Below, one piece after another: positions 39,301 through 48,928 of a stretch of DNA of 64,000 nucleotides. The notes under the pieces were generated by a model, which saw nothing but the letters and a program-made list of their open reading frames with translations, had not been told where the DNA came from and did not search any database. The translations under genes and the position numbers were made by a program. Source of the stretch: Clostridiales bacterium (lineage in GTDB: Bacteria; Bacillota; Clostridia; Christensenellales; Aristaeellaceae). The stretch covers positions 1,051 to 65,050 of the forward strand of contig SVGN01000010.1 of the NCBI GenBank assembly GCA_015056315.1. Reading direction: 5' to 3'. The first letter of the stretch is position 1, and each line of letters opens with the position of its first letter.

Positions 39301-40581
39301 GTGAGCAGACTGATCACCGATGGGCGCTGGCTGCGCCGGGAGAGCGGCGAGCCCTTCTTCTACCTGGGTGATACCGCCTGGGAGCTATTCCACCGGCTGG
39401 ACCGGGAGGAAATGGCGCTGTACTTTGAGACCCGTTCAAAACAGGGCTTTACCGTGGTGCAATGCGTGCTGCTGGCCGAGTTTGAGGGCGTTACCACCCC
39501 CAATGCCTACGGGCGGCTGCCGCTCTACACGACCGATGGTCTGCCCGACCCCACCCGGCCCGATACCGATGGTGAATATTCCTACTGGGCCCATGTGGAC
39601 TACGCCATCCGGCTGGCGGCGGAGCACGGGCTCATGCTGGCCCTGCTGCCCACCTGGGGCGATAAGTTCAACCTGTGCTGGGGCAAGGGGCCGGTCATCT
39701 TTACTCCGGAGAACGCCCTCATCTACGCCCGCTGGCTGGGCAGCCGCTATGCCGCCTGCTCCAACCTGATCTGGATGCTGGGCGGCGACAGGCCCATCGA
39801 GCCGGAGCACCGCCCCATCATCGATGCGATGGCAAAGGGGCTGCTGGAGACCGCACCGGGGCACCTGATCACCTTTCACCCAAGGGGCTGGGGCTCCTCG
39901 CTGGAAAGCTTGCCCGGAGCGGATTACATCGATCTTCATACGGTGCAGAGCGGCCACGATGCTGCCCCCGGCTACGCAAGCGAGCAGTTCCTGCTGCCGC
40001 TGGCAGAGGGTTCCCATAAGCCCTATATGGATGCAGAGCCCCGCTATGAGGATCACCCCGCCTGCTTTAACGCAGAGTTGGGGTATTTCTGGTCGGCAGC
40101 AGATGTGCGCCAGAATGCCTACCGTTCGGTGCTGGCGGGTGCCTGCGGGCACACCTACGGCAATCACTGCGTGTGGAGCATGAACCGGGAGCCCGGCAGC
40201 TACTTTCCCTACCGGTGGCAGGAGGCGCTCAACCACCCGGGCGCGGAGCAGATGCGCCATGTAAAGGCACTGCGGCTGAGCCACGATTACTTCTCCCTGC
40301 GCCCTGCCAATGAGCTGGTAGTGAGCGCCAACCGGGGCATGGGGCAGGAATGCGCCGCCACAGGCAACGGCTATGCCTACGTGTACGCTCCGCTGGGGCT
40401 GCCCTTTACCGTGGAGCTGGATCTGCTGAAGGCGCAGAAGGCCATCCGTGCCTGCTGGTTCGACCCCCGCAGCGGCGAAAGCCGCCTCTTTGGCATTCTG
40501 CCGCCCGGCGGCCAGACCACCCTCGTACCGCCCACCCAGGGGCAGGGCTGCGATTGGGTGCTGGTGCTGGAAAACGTATGA
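39301..40581 (+). CDS. DUF4038/GH140-like glycoside hydrolase with a C-terminal beta-sandwich (collagenase-binding-like) domain
   Basis: 426 aa. GEPFFYLGDTAWELFHRL..., QGFTVVQCVLLAEFEG, WMLGGD, DAEPRYEDHP and YGNHCVWS are typical of the DUF4038 (apiosidase-like) family. GTG start follows AAAGGAG. Confidence 0.65.
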   Translation: MSRLITDGRWLRRESGEPFFYLGDTAWELFHRLDREEMALYFETRSKQGFTVVQCVLLAEFEGVTTPNAYGRLPLYTTDGLPDPTRPDTDGEYSYWAHVDYAIRLAAEHGLMLALLPTWGDKFNLCWGKGPVIFTPENALIYARWLGSRYAACSNLIWMLGGDRPIEPEHRPIIDAMAKGLLETAPGHLITFHPRGWGSSLESLPGADYIDLHTVQSGHDAAPGYASEQFLLPLAEGSHKPYMDAEPRYEDHPACFNAELGYFWSAADVRQNAYRSVLAGACGHTYGNHCVWSMNREPGSYFPYRWQEALNHPGAEQMRHVKALRLSHDYFSLRPANELVVSANRGMGQECAATGNGYAYVYAPLGLPFTVELDLLKAQKAIRACWFDPRSGESRLFGILPPGGQTTLVPPTQGQGCDWVLVLENV

Positions 40582-40621
40582 CCGCCCCTCACCAAAGCAC
40601 GACCACGGAGGAATACTGACC

Positions 40622-41788
40622 GTGAAAAAGAATGACCGACTCTGGGTGACCGCCTTTCTGCTGCTGAGCATGGTATTTCTCTCTGCGGTGTTTGCGGTAC
40701 AGGGCTCGCTGCTCAGCACCATGATCGAGGCCTACCGGCTGGATGCAGCCCGGCAGGGGCTTGCCAACACCATGGCCTTTGCAGGCGGCGTGCTGGCTCT
40801 GTTCTGCGCCTTTCTGGTGCAGGGCCGCTGCCGCAAGCGCACGCTTTTGAAGGTGGCGCTCACCATCTGCGCTGCCGGGCTGGTGCTCATGTGGCTGGCC
40901 CCGGGCTACGGGCTGTACACCGCCGCATGGTTCATTACCGGCTTTGGCCTGGGTCTGATGGATACTCTGCTCTCCGCCTGCATGGCAGACCTGTACACCG
41001 GGCGGCAGGCGGTTACCATGATGTGCATCCTGCACACTGCCTACGGCCTCTCCAGCGTATTCAGCCCCATGGGCTATGCTGCGCTGCTGGGGGCCGGGCT
41101 TTTCTGGAAGCGGGTCTACCTGATCATTGCCGCGGTGGGGCTTCTGCTGGTCTTTGGCGCGCTGCTGGTTCGCAGGCTGCTGCGCATGGAGGATCCCGAG
41201 CCCATCTGCCCCACCGCCGCCGACCCCCGGCGCATCCTGCCCGCCTTGCGGGAGGGGCATCTGCTCTGGCTGGTGGCAGCCATCTTCTTTCACGGCATCT
41301 TTCTTTCCGGCCTCAATACATGGATCAACCGCTATGCGGATACCCTGCCCGGCACCATTGCCCTGCCTGCCCAGAGCTGCGTGTTCCTCGGGCTGATGCT
41401 CTCCCGGCTGGGCATGCCCTTTTTGCCCATCAAGCCGGAGAAATATGTGGCTGTGGGCGGCCTGCTGGGCGGAGCGGTGCTGTGCATCGGGCTGCTGATC
41501 CCCAACGGGTGGGTGCTGCGGGCGCTGCTGATGGTATCCAGCCTGCTGTTTGGCGCACTGATCCCCTGTGTGCTCACGCTGGGCTGCGGGCGGCAGCCCC
41601 AGAACACCCTGTTGGCCACCACCGGCATCATGCTGGCGCTGTATCTGGGGCAGGCGGTCTCCGCGCCGGTGATCGCTGCGCTGGAGGCTGCCATCAGCCT
41701 CAAGGCAGGCATGCTGCTGTGCGCCCTGTGTATGGCCCTGTGCAGCCTGTGCTGCGCTGCGGATGCCAGCCGGGAGCGCAGAGCCTGA
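40622..41788 (+). CDS. MFS transporter
   Basis: About 12 TM segments. GTG at 40622 follows GGAGGA. Typical MFS loop (GRCRKRTLL). Confidence 0.75.
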   Translation: MKKNDRLWVTAFLLLSMVFLSAVFAVQGSLLSTMIEAYRLDAARQGLANTMAFAGGVLALFCAFLVQGRCRKRTLLKVALTICAAGLVLMWLAPGYGLYTAAWFITGFGLGLMDTLLSACMADLYTGRQAVTMMCILHTAYGLSSVFSPMGYAALLGAGLFWKRVYLIIAAVGLLLVFGALLVRRLLRMEDPEPICPTAADPRRILPALREGHLLWLVAAIFFHGIFLSGLNTWINRYADTLPGTIALPAQSCVFLGLMLSRLGMPFLPIKPEKYVAVGGLLGGAVLCIGLLIPNGWVLRALLMVSSLLFGALIPCVLTLGCGRQPQNTLLATTGIMLALYLGQAVSAPVIAALEAAISLKAGMLLCALCMALCSLCCAADASRERRA

Positions 41789-41844
41789 TCCGCTGCGCTG
41801 TGCCCCGTGCAGCGCGGAGACACTCTTCACCGAAAGGATGCACC

Positions 41845-42432
41845 ATGAAAAAACTGCTGATCACCGGCTTTGACCCCTTTGGCGGCGAGCGCACCAACCC
41901 TTCCTGGGAGGCGGTGCGGCGGCTGCCGGATGCCCTTCACGGCTGGCAGCTGACCAAGCTGCAGCTGCCCACGGTGTTCACCGCGGCTGCCCACAGGCTC
42001 CTGGAAAACGTGGACGAGCTGGAGCCGGAGGCGGTCATCTGTGTGGGGCAGGCAGGCGGGCGCAGTGCCATTACCCCGGAGGTGATCGGCATCAACCTGC
42101 AGGAAGCCCGCATCCCGGATAATGCCGGGCAGCAGCCGGTCAACGAGCCGGTGCTCCCCGGCGGCCCGGCAGCGTACTTTGCCACCCTGCCCGTGCGGGA
42201 GCTGGTGGCCGCCATACAGGCTGCGGGAGTGCCCGCCGCCCTCAGCTACACCGCAGGCACCTTCGTATGCAACAATGTGCTTTACAGTCTTCTGCACCAT
42301 ACGCAATCGAGCCGCATCCGGGCCGGGTTCATCCATGTGCCCTGGCTGCCGGAACAGGCAAAGGAGGGGCAGCCCTCCCTGCCGCTTGCAGAGATCGTAC
42401 GGGGGCTGGAGGCCGCCATCGCCGTGCTTTGA
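41845..42432 (+). CDS. pcp: Pyroglutamyl-peptidase I
   Basis: MKKLLITGFDPFGGERTNPSWE..., VICVGQAGGR, SYTAGTFVCNNVLY (catalytic Cys), GFIHVP (His). Confidence 0.95.
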   Translation: MKKLLITGFDPFGGERTNPSWEAVRRLPDALHGWQLTKLQLPTVFTAAAHRLLENVDELEPEAVICVGQAGGRSAITPEVIGINLQEARIPDNAGQQPVNEPVLPGGPAAYFATLPVRELVAAIQAAGVPAALSYTAGTFVCNNVLYSLLHHTQSSRIRAGFIHVPWLPEQAKEGQPSLPLAEIVRGLEAAIAVL

Positions 42433-42442
42433 AGCGTAGAAA

Positions 42443-42496
42443 AAGCCGCAGCAGCAGACCGTTTCCCATGTCTGCCGCTGCGGCTTCTGCTTTTTT
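42443..42496. terminator. Bidirectional intrinsic terminator between pcp and the convergent gene
   Basis: AAAAAgccgcagcagcaga...tctgccgctgcggcTTCTGCTTTTTT. Confidence 0.75.
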
Positions 42497-42929
42497 ACAG
42501 ATAACCCCGTATATCCACCGCCAGCTTCTGCTCCAGATCCACCAGCTTTTTGGCGATCTCCTTGGAGCTTTCGTCGGCAGCCTTGTACTCATTCAGGTAC
42601 TTGTGGAGCGATTTCACGCCCATGTTGCAGCCATCGGTCATCAGATCGGCGATGGTCTGGTCGCTGGGCTTCATCATCAGCATGGCGTTGGTCTTCATCC
42701 AGGACATGCCCTTGGCCATCGGGTCGGGTGCCTTGCCCTCATCCTGATAGCGGTCAAGCAGTTGCTGAAGCTCCCGATCCAGCTCGTCGTGCTTTTGGCG
42801 GCTCTCCACCAGCACCTGCCGGAAGGCCTCCGATTGGATCCGCTCCACCACGCTCTCGATGGAATCCACGCCCATTTTCACTCCGGCATCGCACTCTCTC
42901 AAAAGCCGGATGGTATCCTGTTCCACCAC
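42495..42929 (-). CDS. Hypothetical all-helical protein (four-helix-bundle-like)
   Basis: 144 aa, heptad-rich and acidic. GTG start follows AAGGAGGGGG. No family assigned with confidence. Confidence 0.55.
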   Translation of the reverse strand: MVEQDTIRLLRECDAGVKMGVDSIESVVERIQSEAFRQVLVESRQKHDELDRELQQLLDRYQDEGKAPDPMAKGMSWMKTNAMLMMKPSDQTIADLMTDGCNMGVKSLHKYLNEYKAADESSKEIAKKLVDLEQKLAVDIRGYL

Positions 42930-42989
42930 GTTGCATCCCCCTCCTTACAGGTGAGGAGTATGCACCGAAGAGCGGCAGGGTATGCGGCC

Positions 42990-43298
42990 TCAGGGCAGCA
43001 TATCCAGGATCTGCTCCTTGCTCAGCGCCCCCACCACCCGGTGCAGGATCTCGCCATTCTCCACCACCATCAGCGTGGGGATGGACATGATGCGGAACTG
43101 CTGCGCCAGGTCGGGCTCTTCGTCGATATTGATCTTGCCCACCTTGATATCGCTGCGTTCCAGCGCGATCTCCTCCACCACAGGCACCACCATGCGGCAG
43201 GGTGCGCACCAGGGGGCCCAGAAATCCAGCAGAACGGGCTTGTCCGACCGGACGACCTCCTGCTCAAAATTGTCTTTCGTAATATGCATTGCTGACAT
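42990..43298 (-). CDS. trxA: Thioredoxin with a WCAPC active site
   Basis: VLLDFWAPWCAPCRMVVPVVEE...IMSIPTLMVVENGE. ATG at 43298 has the best spacing to AAGGAGG. Confidence 0.9.
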   Translation of the reverse strand: MSAMHITKDNFEQEVVRSDKPVLLDFWAPWCAPCRMVVPVVEEIALERSDIKVGKINIDEEPDLAQQFRIMSIPTLMVVENGEILHRVVGALSKEQILDMLP

Positions 43299-43455
43299 TG
43301 CTGCCAACCTCCTTCTGTTTCTTTACACCCAGAGGATACCCGACAGAACGGAAAACGAAACCGATTTTTCCTGTTTCAAAACTGAGAAAAAAAGTGTATG
43401 CTAAAAGCAAGCAACACACATGCCAATAATGCCACAAGAGAAGGGAGAAAACCAC

Positions 43456-44712
43456 ATGGCTGCAAAGAGCATCAACGAACAACAGCTGCATGGGCTGGTA
43501 GAGAGCGGAGAAATGATCCTGGCGGATTTCTGGGCCCCTTGGTGCGGCGATTGCAGGCGCATCGAGGGCGCATACGACCGCATCGCGGACGATTATGCCG
43601 GCCATTTGAAGGTGGTCAAGCTGAATGTGGATGAGCTGGAGGGCATCCGGCAGCGGGAGGAGATCCGCCGTATTCCCACGATCAGGCTCTACAAGGGCGG
43701 CAAGGCGCTGGGGCAGATCGTGGAGCCGCCTGCCGGAGCGGATATCGAAGCCTTTCTTTCGGAGCATCTGCCCAAACGGCAGACAGTGGCAGACGAAGCC
43801 ATCCACGATATGGTCATCATCGGCGGCGGGCCGGGTGGTTATACCGCTTCGCTGTACGCTGCCCGCGCCGGGCTGGATGTGCTGCTGCTGGAGCGGCTCT
43901 CCGCAGGCGGGCAGATGGCGCTGACCCATCAGATCGACAACTACCCGGGCTTCCCGGAGGGCGTCGAGGGCTTCGCTTTGGGCCAGCAGATGCAGAAGCA
44001 GGCTGAGCGCTTCGGTGCCAAGACCCGCCTGGCGGATGTGCAGCGGGTGGAGCTGACCGCCAGCCCCAAAAAGATCGAAACCAGCGAGGGCACCTTCTAT
44101 GCCCGCACCGTGGTCATCGCCACCGGCGCAGACCCCCGCAGGCTGGGCCTGCCCGGCGAGGATGCGCTGCTGGGGCGGGGGCTGGCCTACTGCGCTGCCT
44201 GCGACGGCATGTTTTACCGGGGCAAGACCGTGGCGGTGGTTGGCGGCGGCAATTCCGCAGCCGCAGATGCGCTGCTGCTGAGCCGCATCGTGGAAAAAGT
44301 GATCCTGATCCACCGGCGGGATACGCTCCGGGCCACCAGGATCTATCATGAGCCATTGATGCAGGCCGGGAATGTGGAATTCCGCTGGAACAGCGTGGTC
44401 ACAGAGGTCCTCAGCGAGGATACGGTCACCGGGGTGCGCATCCGGGATGTGCTCACCGGCACAGAGGAAGTGATCCCCCTTGGCGGGGTGTTCGTCAGCA
44501 TCGGCAGAAAGCCCGCCACCGCTCTGGTGGAGGGGCAGCTGGCTCTGGAGGATGGCTACATCCTTGCCGGAGAGTCCACGGAGACCTCCCTGCCCGGCGT
44601 GTATGCGGTGGGCGATGTACGCACCAAGCCCCTGCGGCAGGTGGTGACCGCCGTGGCCGACGGGGCGACCGCCGTACACATGGCCGAAGCCTATCTGGCG
44701 CAGCTCCGTTGA
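43456..44712 (+). CDS. trxB: Fusion protein: N-terminal thioredoxin-like domain (WCGDC) + thioredoxin-disulfide reductase
   Basis: ILADFWAPWCGDCRRI...IPTIRLYKGG (Trx fold), then IIGGGPGGYTASLYAARAG (FAD), AYCAACDG (redox CxxC), VVGGGNSAAADA plus HRRDTLRA (NADPH), and GVYAVGDV. Confidence 0.85.
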   Translation: MAAKSINEQQLHGLVESGEMILADFWAPWCGDCRRIEGAYDRIADDYAGHLKVVKLNVDELEGIRQREEIRRIPTIRLYKGGKALGQIVEPPAGADIEAFLSEHLPKRQTVADEAIHDMVIIGGGPGGYTASLYAARAGLDVLLLERLSAGGQMALTHQIDNYPGFPEGVEGFALGQQMQKQAERFGAKTRLADVQRVELTASPKKIETSEGTFYARTVVIATGADPRRLGLPGEDALLGRGLAYCAACDGMFYRGKTVAVVGGGNSAAADALLLSRIVEKVILIHRRDTLRATRIYHEPLMQAGNVEFRWNSVVTEVLSEDTVTGVRIRDVLTGTEEVIPLGGVFVSIGRKPATALVEGQLALEDGYILAGESTETSLPGVYAVGDVRTKPLRQVVTAVADGATAVHMAEAYLAQLR

Positions 44713-44740
44713 GCCGCCAATACCAAAGGAGGTTTGCTGC

Positions 44741-46174
44741 ATGGAACGCTTTCTCACCTATGAAATGTTCGGGGCCGTTGGCGATGGCCGCACCGACGAT
44801 CTGCCTGCCATCGCACAGGCCCACCGGGAGGCCAACCGGCAGCAGTTGCCCGTCAAGGCCCGGGAGGGAGCGGTGTACTATCTTTCGCCCAAGGCATTGA
44901 CCGCCCCTGTGGAGACCGATACCGACTGGACGGGCGCGCGCTTCATCATCGATGATGTAGGCTGCGAAGACCACACCGCGCCTGTGTTCCATGTGCGCTC
45001 CCGCAAGGAGCCTTTGCCCCTGCAGGCAGCCTCCATGGTCTATGGGCAGACCACGCTGGAAAACCCCTTCGGCTGCGATCTGTTCGTGGCGGTGGAGAAC
45101 CAAAACCACCGGGATTACATCCGCAAGGGGCTCAATCAGGACAATGGGCACACCCGCACCGATGTATTCGTGCTGGGGGCCGACGGCAGGCTGTCCTCTC
45201 CCCTGTCGTTCGATTTTGAGGAGATCACCTCCCTGCTGGCCTGCCCCATCGATGAAGAGACCCTTACCCTGAAGGGCGGCAGCTTCACCACCGTTGCCAA
45301 TCAGGCGGAATCCAAGTACAACTACCACTACCGGAACATCCACATTACCCGCTCCAATGTGGAGGTAAGCGGCATCACCCATCTGATCACCGGGGAAGGC
45401 GACCACGGCGCGCCCTACAACGGCTTCATCCGCCTGTCGGATTGCGCCCGGGTCTGCATCCGGGATTGCCTCTTCACCGGGCATTTCATCTACCACACCA
45501 TCGGCAGCGCAGGGCTGCCCGTGCCTATGGGCAGCTACGACATCCGGCTGGATCGCACGGCAGAGATCCGCATCCTGCGGTGCAACCAGACCACCGACAT
45601 CCACGACAGCCGCTACTGGGGGCTGATCGCCACCAATTTCTGCCGGGATCTCTGCTTTGAGGACTGCACCTTCTCCCGCTTCGATGCCCACATGGGCGTG
45701 ACCAACTGCACCCTGCGCCGCTGCCGCCTGGGGTGGCAGTGCCTCAACGCCATCGGCAACGGCACCTTCCTGATCGAAGAGACCGAAGCCCACGGCAACG
45801 CCTTTGTGAACCTGCGGGAGGATTACGGCTGCACCTGGCGGGGCGAGATCATCATCCGCAACTGTACCTGGGTGCCCCGCAGCACCCAGCGGGCGGTGTT
45901 CAGCGGGCACAACGACGGCACCCACGATTTCGGCTACACTTGCCACATGCCCAACGTGGTCATCGACGTGCTGACGGTGGCAGAGGAAGCCAGCGACGGC
46001 TCGCCGCTGTATGTGTTCAACAACTATCTGGGCAGCACAGAGGTGACCGGGGAGCGCAGGCATATGCCCCTGCCGCCGGAGCGTGTCTCGGTGCGGGGCA
46101 TCCGTACAAGCAGGCCGGTTGCGCTGTGCGAGGAACCCGGGCTCATGGTGGGGACGGAATGGCGCAAGGGATAA
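44741..46174 (+). CDS. Right-handed parallel beta-helix protein (pectate-lyase superfamily), Cys-rich, no signal peptide
   Basis: N-terminal FGAVGDGRTDDLPAIAQA motif typical of Pectate_lyase_3-type beta-helix proteins. Repetitive CxxxC-like turns. About 17 Cys by hand count. Confidence 0.65.
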   Translation: MERFLTYEMFGAVGDGRTDDLPAIAQAHREANRQQLPVKAREGAVYYLSPKALTAPVETDTDWTGARFIIDDVGCEDHTAPVFHVRSRKEPLPLQAASMVYGQTTLENPFGCDLFVAVENQNHRDYIRKGLNQDNGHTRTDVFVLGADGRLSSPLSFDFEEITSLLACPIDEETLTLKGGSFTTVANQAESKYNYHYRNIHITRSNVEVSGITHLITGEGDHGAPYNGFIRLSDCARVCIRDCLFTGHFIYHTIGSAGLPVPMGSYDIRLDRTAEIRILRCNQTTDIHDSRYWGLIATNFCRDLCFEDCTFSRFDAHMGVTNCTLRRCRLGWQCLNAIGNGTFLIEETEAHGNAFVNLREDYGCTWRGEIIIRNCTWVPRSTQRAVFSGHNDGTHDFGYTCHMPNVVIDVLTVAEEASDGSPLYVFNNYLGSTEVTGERRHMPLPPERVSVRGIRTSRPVALCEEPGLMVGTEWRKG

Positions 46175-46191
46175 CTCCATCACAAGGCATC

Positions 46192-46243
46192 AAAAAAGCT
46201 GCCGTTCCTCTTTATACAGGTAGGAACGGCAGCTATCTTTTTT
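46192..46243. terminator. Bidirectional terminator between convergent genes
   Basis: AAAAAAgctgccgttcct...aggaacggcagcTATCTTTTTT. Confidence 0.75.
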
Positions 46244-46246
46244 CTT

Positions 46247-47803
46247 TTACTCAGCCTTGCAGCCCTCAAAGAGTTCGTCCACACGCTGGGCCTCCTGCTG
46301 GCTGTTCTTGGTAAGCGCGCTTACCAGCGGCACCACGATCAGGGAGATGGCCATGGCGGCTACGCCCATTTCGGGAGACCTGGCCGCAGCGGCGGAGAAG
46401 CCGGAGTTCAGCGAGATGACCAGAGTGGCGCCGCCAACAGTGAGCAGGCCGGACAGGATGCCCGCGTATGCGCCGATCTTGGTGATCTTCCTGGAGAACA
46501 GGCCCCAGATGTACGGGCCGATGAAGCAGCCGGAAACAACGCCCCAGGAGAAGGACATCAGGCTGACGATGATCGGGATGTTCTGGGTGGCAAAGATGAA
46601 GGAACAGGCCACGAATGCCAGGCACAGAAGGCGGGTGAGCAGCATTTGACTCTCCGGCTTGGTCTCCTTCTTGCGCACAGCGGGGATCAGGTCAACGGCA
46701 ACGGCAGAGGCAGAGGTGAGCACTACTGCCTGCAGCGTGGACATGGACGCCGACAGCAACAGGATCATGATCACAGCCAGAAGGATGATGCCAAGGGTGC
46801 CACCGCTCAGCACCTCCATCAACAAAGTGGGGATGACCGAATCGATACCGCCTTCGGGAAGCTGACCGCCCAGCACCAGGCGGGAGGTACTGCCGATCAG
46901 GTAAGCGCCGCAACCGATAACCACACAGAAAATGGTGGAGATGATGGTGCCGCGCTTGATGGCTGCGGTATCCTTAATGGCATAAAACTTGCCGATCATC
47001 TGGGGCAGGCCCCAGGTACCAAAACTGGTGAGCATGATGTTGAAGCAAAGGAATCTGAAGGAAGAACCGCCGAAAAGGCTGGTCAACTGGCTGCCGGTAA
47101 CAGGGTTGGGGTCGCCGGGCAAGGATTGGAAGTTGGACAGGTTCTGGATCAGACCGCTGAGGCCTCCCACGTTCTTATGGCCAAGCACAGCTGCCACCAG
47201 GCAGATCACACCAACGATCATGATGATGCCCTGCACCAGATCGGTGTAGGAGGTAGCAAGATAACCACCGGCCACCAGATAGACCGCCGTCAGCACAGCG
47301 ATCAGGAGCATCCAGACCCAGGTCTCCACCCCGGGGAATACCGAGCTGAAGAGAGAGCCCAGACCCTTGTAGACCGCTGCGGAGTAGGGAACCAGGAACA
47401 CGAAGATGATCACCGCCGCCAAGATCTTCATGCCCTTGGAGGCATAGCGCTTCTCAAAGAAGTCGGGCATGGTTCTGGCGTTGAGGAACTTGGTCATCTT
47501 GCGGGTACGATTGGCAAACAGCAGCCAGGAAAGCAGGCAGCCCAGCACCGCATTACCAATACCGATCCACACTGCGCCGATGCCGATGTTCCAGCCGTGC
47601 TGCCCGGCATAGCCCACGAACACGACTGCCGAAAAATACGTAGTACCGTAAGCAAACGCCGTTGCCCACGCGCCGATCTTTCTGCCACCGATCAGGAAAT
47701 GATCCAGCGTTTTGGATCTGCCATAGCTGATGCAGCCGATGAGCACCATGATAAAGGCATATATTGCCAGTGCCACGACCGTGTAGAGCTGTGCATTCGT
47801 CAT
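46247..47803 (-). CDS. Sodium:solute symporter family transporter (SSS; PutP/PanF-like)
   Basis: About 13 TM segments. N-terminus MTNAQLYTVVALAIYAFIMVLIGCISYGRSKTLDHFLIGGRKIGAW is typical of SSS. ATG at 47803 follows GAGGTGA. Confidence 0.85.
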   Translation of the reverse strand: MTNAQLYTVVALAIYAFIMVLIGCISYGRSKTLDHFLIGGRKIGAWATAFAYGTTYFSAVVFVGYAGQHGWNIGIGAVWIGIGNAVLGCLLSWLLFANRTRKMTKFLNARTMPDFFEKRYASKGMKILAAVIIFVFLVPYSAAVYKGLGSLFSSVFPGVETWVWMLLIAVLTAVYLVAGGYLATSYTDLVQGIIMIVGVICLVAAVLGHKNVGGLSGLIQNLSNFQSLPGDPNPVTGSQLTSLFGGSSFRFLCFNIMLTSFGTWGLPQMIGKFYAIKDTAAIKRGTIISTIFCVVIGCGAYLIGSTSRLVLGGQLPEGGIDSVIPTLLMEVLSGGTLGIILLAVIMILLLSASMSTLQAVVLTSASAVAVDLIPAVRKKETKPESQMLLTRLLCLAFVACSFIFATQNIPIIVSLMSFSWGVVSGCFIGPYIWGLFSRKITKIGAYAGILSGLLTVGGATLVISLNSGFSAAAARSPEMGVAAMAISLIVVPLVSALTKNSQQEAQRVDELFEGCKAE

Positions 47804-47962
47804 TTGTTTCACCTCGTTGTTTTTCCGTTGGGCCAAGGCAGCCTGTTTTCGCCTGTACACCTTGCCCTTGAGTCTTGTGTATTATATAATGGATCTGTCC
47901 ATTAGTAAAACGGATAGTATAGATGTAAACGTTCAATTTTTTCGATACAAAAGGAGAAAAGC

Positions 47963-48871
47963 ATGGAATTACGAAATCTGACCACATTTATCCACGTTAC
48001 AGAGCTTGGCAGTTTTTCCAAAACGGCAGAAATGCTGGAGTACTCACAATCCACGATCTCCTTCCAGATCAAGCAGCTGGAGGAGGAACTGGGCTGCCTG
48101 CTCTTTGAACGCATCAACCACACCATCAAGCTCACCGAGCGGGGCCACCAGCTGCTCTCCTATGCTCACGGGGTGCTGGCCCTTACAGAGGAGTTCAAAG
48201 ACAGCCTTTCCGGCGACAGCGCATGCAGCGGGCGCATCCACATCGTAGCGCCCGACTCGGTGTGCGAGGAGCTGATCAACGCCCATTACATCGATTTCCA
48301 CAACCGCTACCCGGGCATATCGCTGAAGTTCACCCCGGCGGATACCTCCGTAATGATGGAGATGCTGGACCGTAACGAAGCCGACCTGATCATAACACTG
48401 GACAGCCACACATACCGCAACGACTATGTGATCGCCAAGGAAGAGCCGCTGAGCCTGCACTTTGTGGCAAGCCCCCGCTCCCCCTATGCGGGCAAAAAGC
48501 ACCTGTCTGTGCAGGATATTGCAGGTGAGCCCTTTGTGCTTACCGAATACGGCCAGGGCTACCGCCGCGTGCTGGATAAGGAGCTGGCCAAGCGCTCGCT
48601 GGAGATCGTGCCCGTGCTGGAGATCGGCCGTACGGATATGATCACCTCGGTGCTTTCGCAAAGCAACATGATCTCCTTCCTGCCGGATTTCGTTACCGCC
48701 GCCCGGGTGGCCGCCGGAGAGCTGTGCTACCTGGATGTGCAGGATATGGAGCTGACCATTTACAAACAGCTGATCTACCATAAAAACAAATGGCTCTCCC
48801 GGAGCATGAAGGCCTGCATCGATTACCTGAAGCAGACGCAGTTTTCCAACGGGCAAAGCGTGGTTCAATAA
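47963..48871 (+). CDS. LysR family transcriptional regulator
   Basis: MELRNLTTFIHVTELGSFSKTAEMLEYSQSTISFQIKQLEEELG HTH plus a LysR substrate-binding domain. Divergent from the SSS transporter. Confidence 0.9.
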   Translation: MELRNLTTFIHVTELGSFSKTAEMLEYSQSTISFQIKQLEEELGCLLFERINHTIKLTERGHQLLSYAHGVLALTEEFKDSLSGDSACSGRIHIVAPDSVCEELINAHYIDFHNRYPGISLKFTPADTSVMMEMLDRNEADLIITLDSHTYRNDYVIAKEEPLSLHFVASPRSPYAGKKHLSVQDIAGEPFVLTEYGQGYRRVLDKELAKRSLEIVPVLEIGRTDMITSVLSQSNMISFLPDFVTAARVAAGELCYLDVQDMELTIYKQLIYHKNKWLSRSMKACIDYLKQTQFSNGQSVVQ

Positions 48872-48928
48872 ACGGGCTGATCGGAACAGGCACAGAGCTG
48901 TCGGCACAAAATACGGAGGTGAACATCT

